Source: Candidatus Curtissbacteria bacterium RIFOXYA1_FULL_41_14 (GTDB taxonomy: Bacteria > Patescibacteriota > Microgenomatia > Curtissbacterales > GWA2-41-24). Taken from it: DNA of 64,000 nt. A program made the translations under genes and the position numbers. This document shows, piece after piece, positions 63,425 through 64,000 of this stretch. Position 1 is the stretch's first letter; each line of letters starts with the position of its first letter. Under the pieces are notes generated by a model. It was not told the origin of the DNA, did no database searches, and saw only the letters and a list, made by a program, of their open reading frames with translations. The stretch lies in contig MFCA01000022.1 in the NCBI GenBank assembly GCA_001775095.1, forward strand, positions 2,162 to 66,161, in the 5' to 3' direction.

Positions 63425-63470
63425 AGGGAGGTTAACATTTGACATTTGACAATTGACAAATGACATTAGG
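63425..63470. repeat. Iteron-like cluster of (A)ATTGACA repeats. A second cluster is at 63806-63850.
   Basis: GGTTAACATTTGACATTTGACAATTGACAAATGACATT and GGGCACAATTGACAATTAACAATTGACATTTAACATT read directly. Confidence 0.55.
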
Positions 63471-64000
63471 TACAAGTTAGCTTCAAAAATTTTTCCAAAA
63501 AAATAAAGGCAGGGCAGGCGGAGTAGGGGGTGTAGTTTACATCAAGCGAAGCGAGATGATATAGTTTGATACAAAGCGTGAAAAAGGGTCAAAGGAAAGC
63601 GTGAAAAACATTATCGAGTCATAGACTATTAACTATAAGGTGTTGTTGATTTCTACCTGCAAAGTTATAATCGGGCTTGGACATAGAGAACTATAAGGTT
63701 CTTTATTCTCTAAACTCAGCCTTGGGTCTCTTTTTAAGCAGATGATGACTATGGGTGCTAAGGGTTCAAAATAGCGTTTTGAGAGGTTTCGGGGGAAGTG
63801 CCTTTTGAGGGCACAATTGACAATTAACAATTGACATTTAACATTTTTCTTTTGCATCTTTTGTCCTATTACTCCCTACGGAAAAGAGACTAATGTTGCT
63901 GTTGCCTATACGTCGCACAATGATACTTTTGCGACGTAAGTCGTGCGCGAATAGGGCGCAAAGCTGGTTTTCTGGTTGCTGTTCTCTGGTTGCTGTTTTC

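Noticed and set aside
1-64000. Diversity-generating retroelement, retron or defence-island signatures (RT, Cas, restriction-modification, Abi)
   Set aside because: No reverse-transcriptase, nuclease/helicase defence domains or template/variable repeat pairs were recognisable in any of the translated ORFs. The SET, GNAT and TA genes are not organised as a known defence cluster.

Overview
Unless stated otherwise, every call below is by eye from the provided translations and raw sequence; no search or fold was run. The window reads as a roughly 42% GC, small-genome bacterial chromosome segment (likely CPR/Patescibacteria-like; GC was not computed). Much of it is densely packed housekeeping genes, many short and overlapping. 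These include the MEP-pathway operon ispD-ispF-ispE-ispG on the minus strand, rpsF-ssb-rpsR, prfA (RF1), rpmE, efp, dnaB, ruvC, ychF, yebC, an lgt-like gene followed by a DksA/TraR-family gene and lspA, pyrD, and a HisRS-like gene. There are also CtpA and HtrA proteases, ZIP, VIT and CPA2 transporters, two type II toxin-antitoxin loci, a SucC/SucD-like pair next to a truncated citrate-synthase-like gene, and one tRNA-Leu(CAA). No rRNA, CRISPR array, cas gene, reverse transcriptase, transposase or integrase is visible. The most unusual content is a dense population of short palindromic, MITE-like repeat families occupying many intergenic spacers. Members of several families also sit in-frame inside conserved genes (prfA, a quinone-oxidoreductase gene, ychF, the pyrD 3' end and a DUF763-like gene), a behaviour reminiscent of Rickettsia palindromic elements. 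Three genes (yebC, a DUF763-like gene and a 45-aa ORF) carry a short upstream ORF that re-encodes the gene's own first 7-10 residues with different synonymous codons. In each case the stub is separated from the intact gene by one of these elements. A separate ~260-bp AT-rich element with a co-varying hairpin sits immediately upstream of the start codons of three unrelated genes, and two inverted copies bracket a ~23.5-kb segment.
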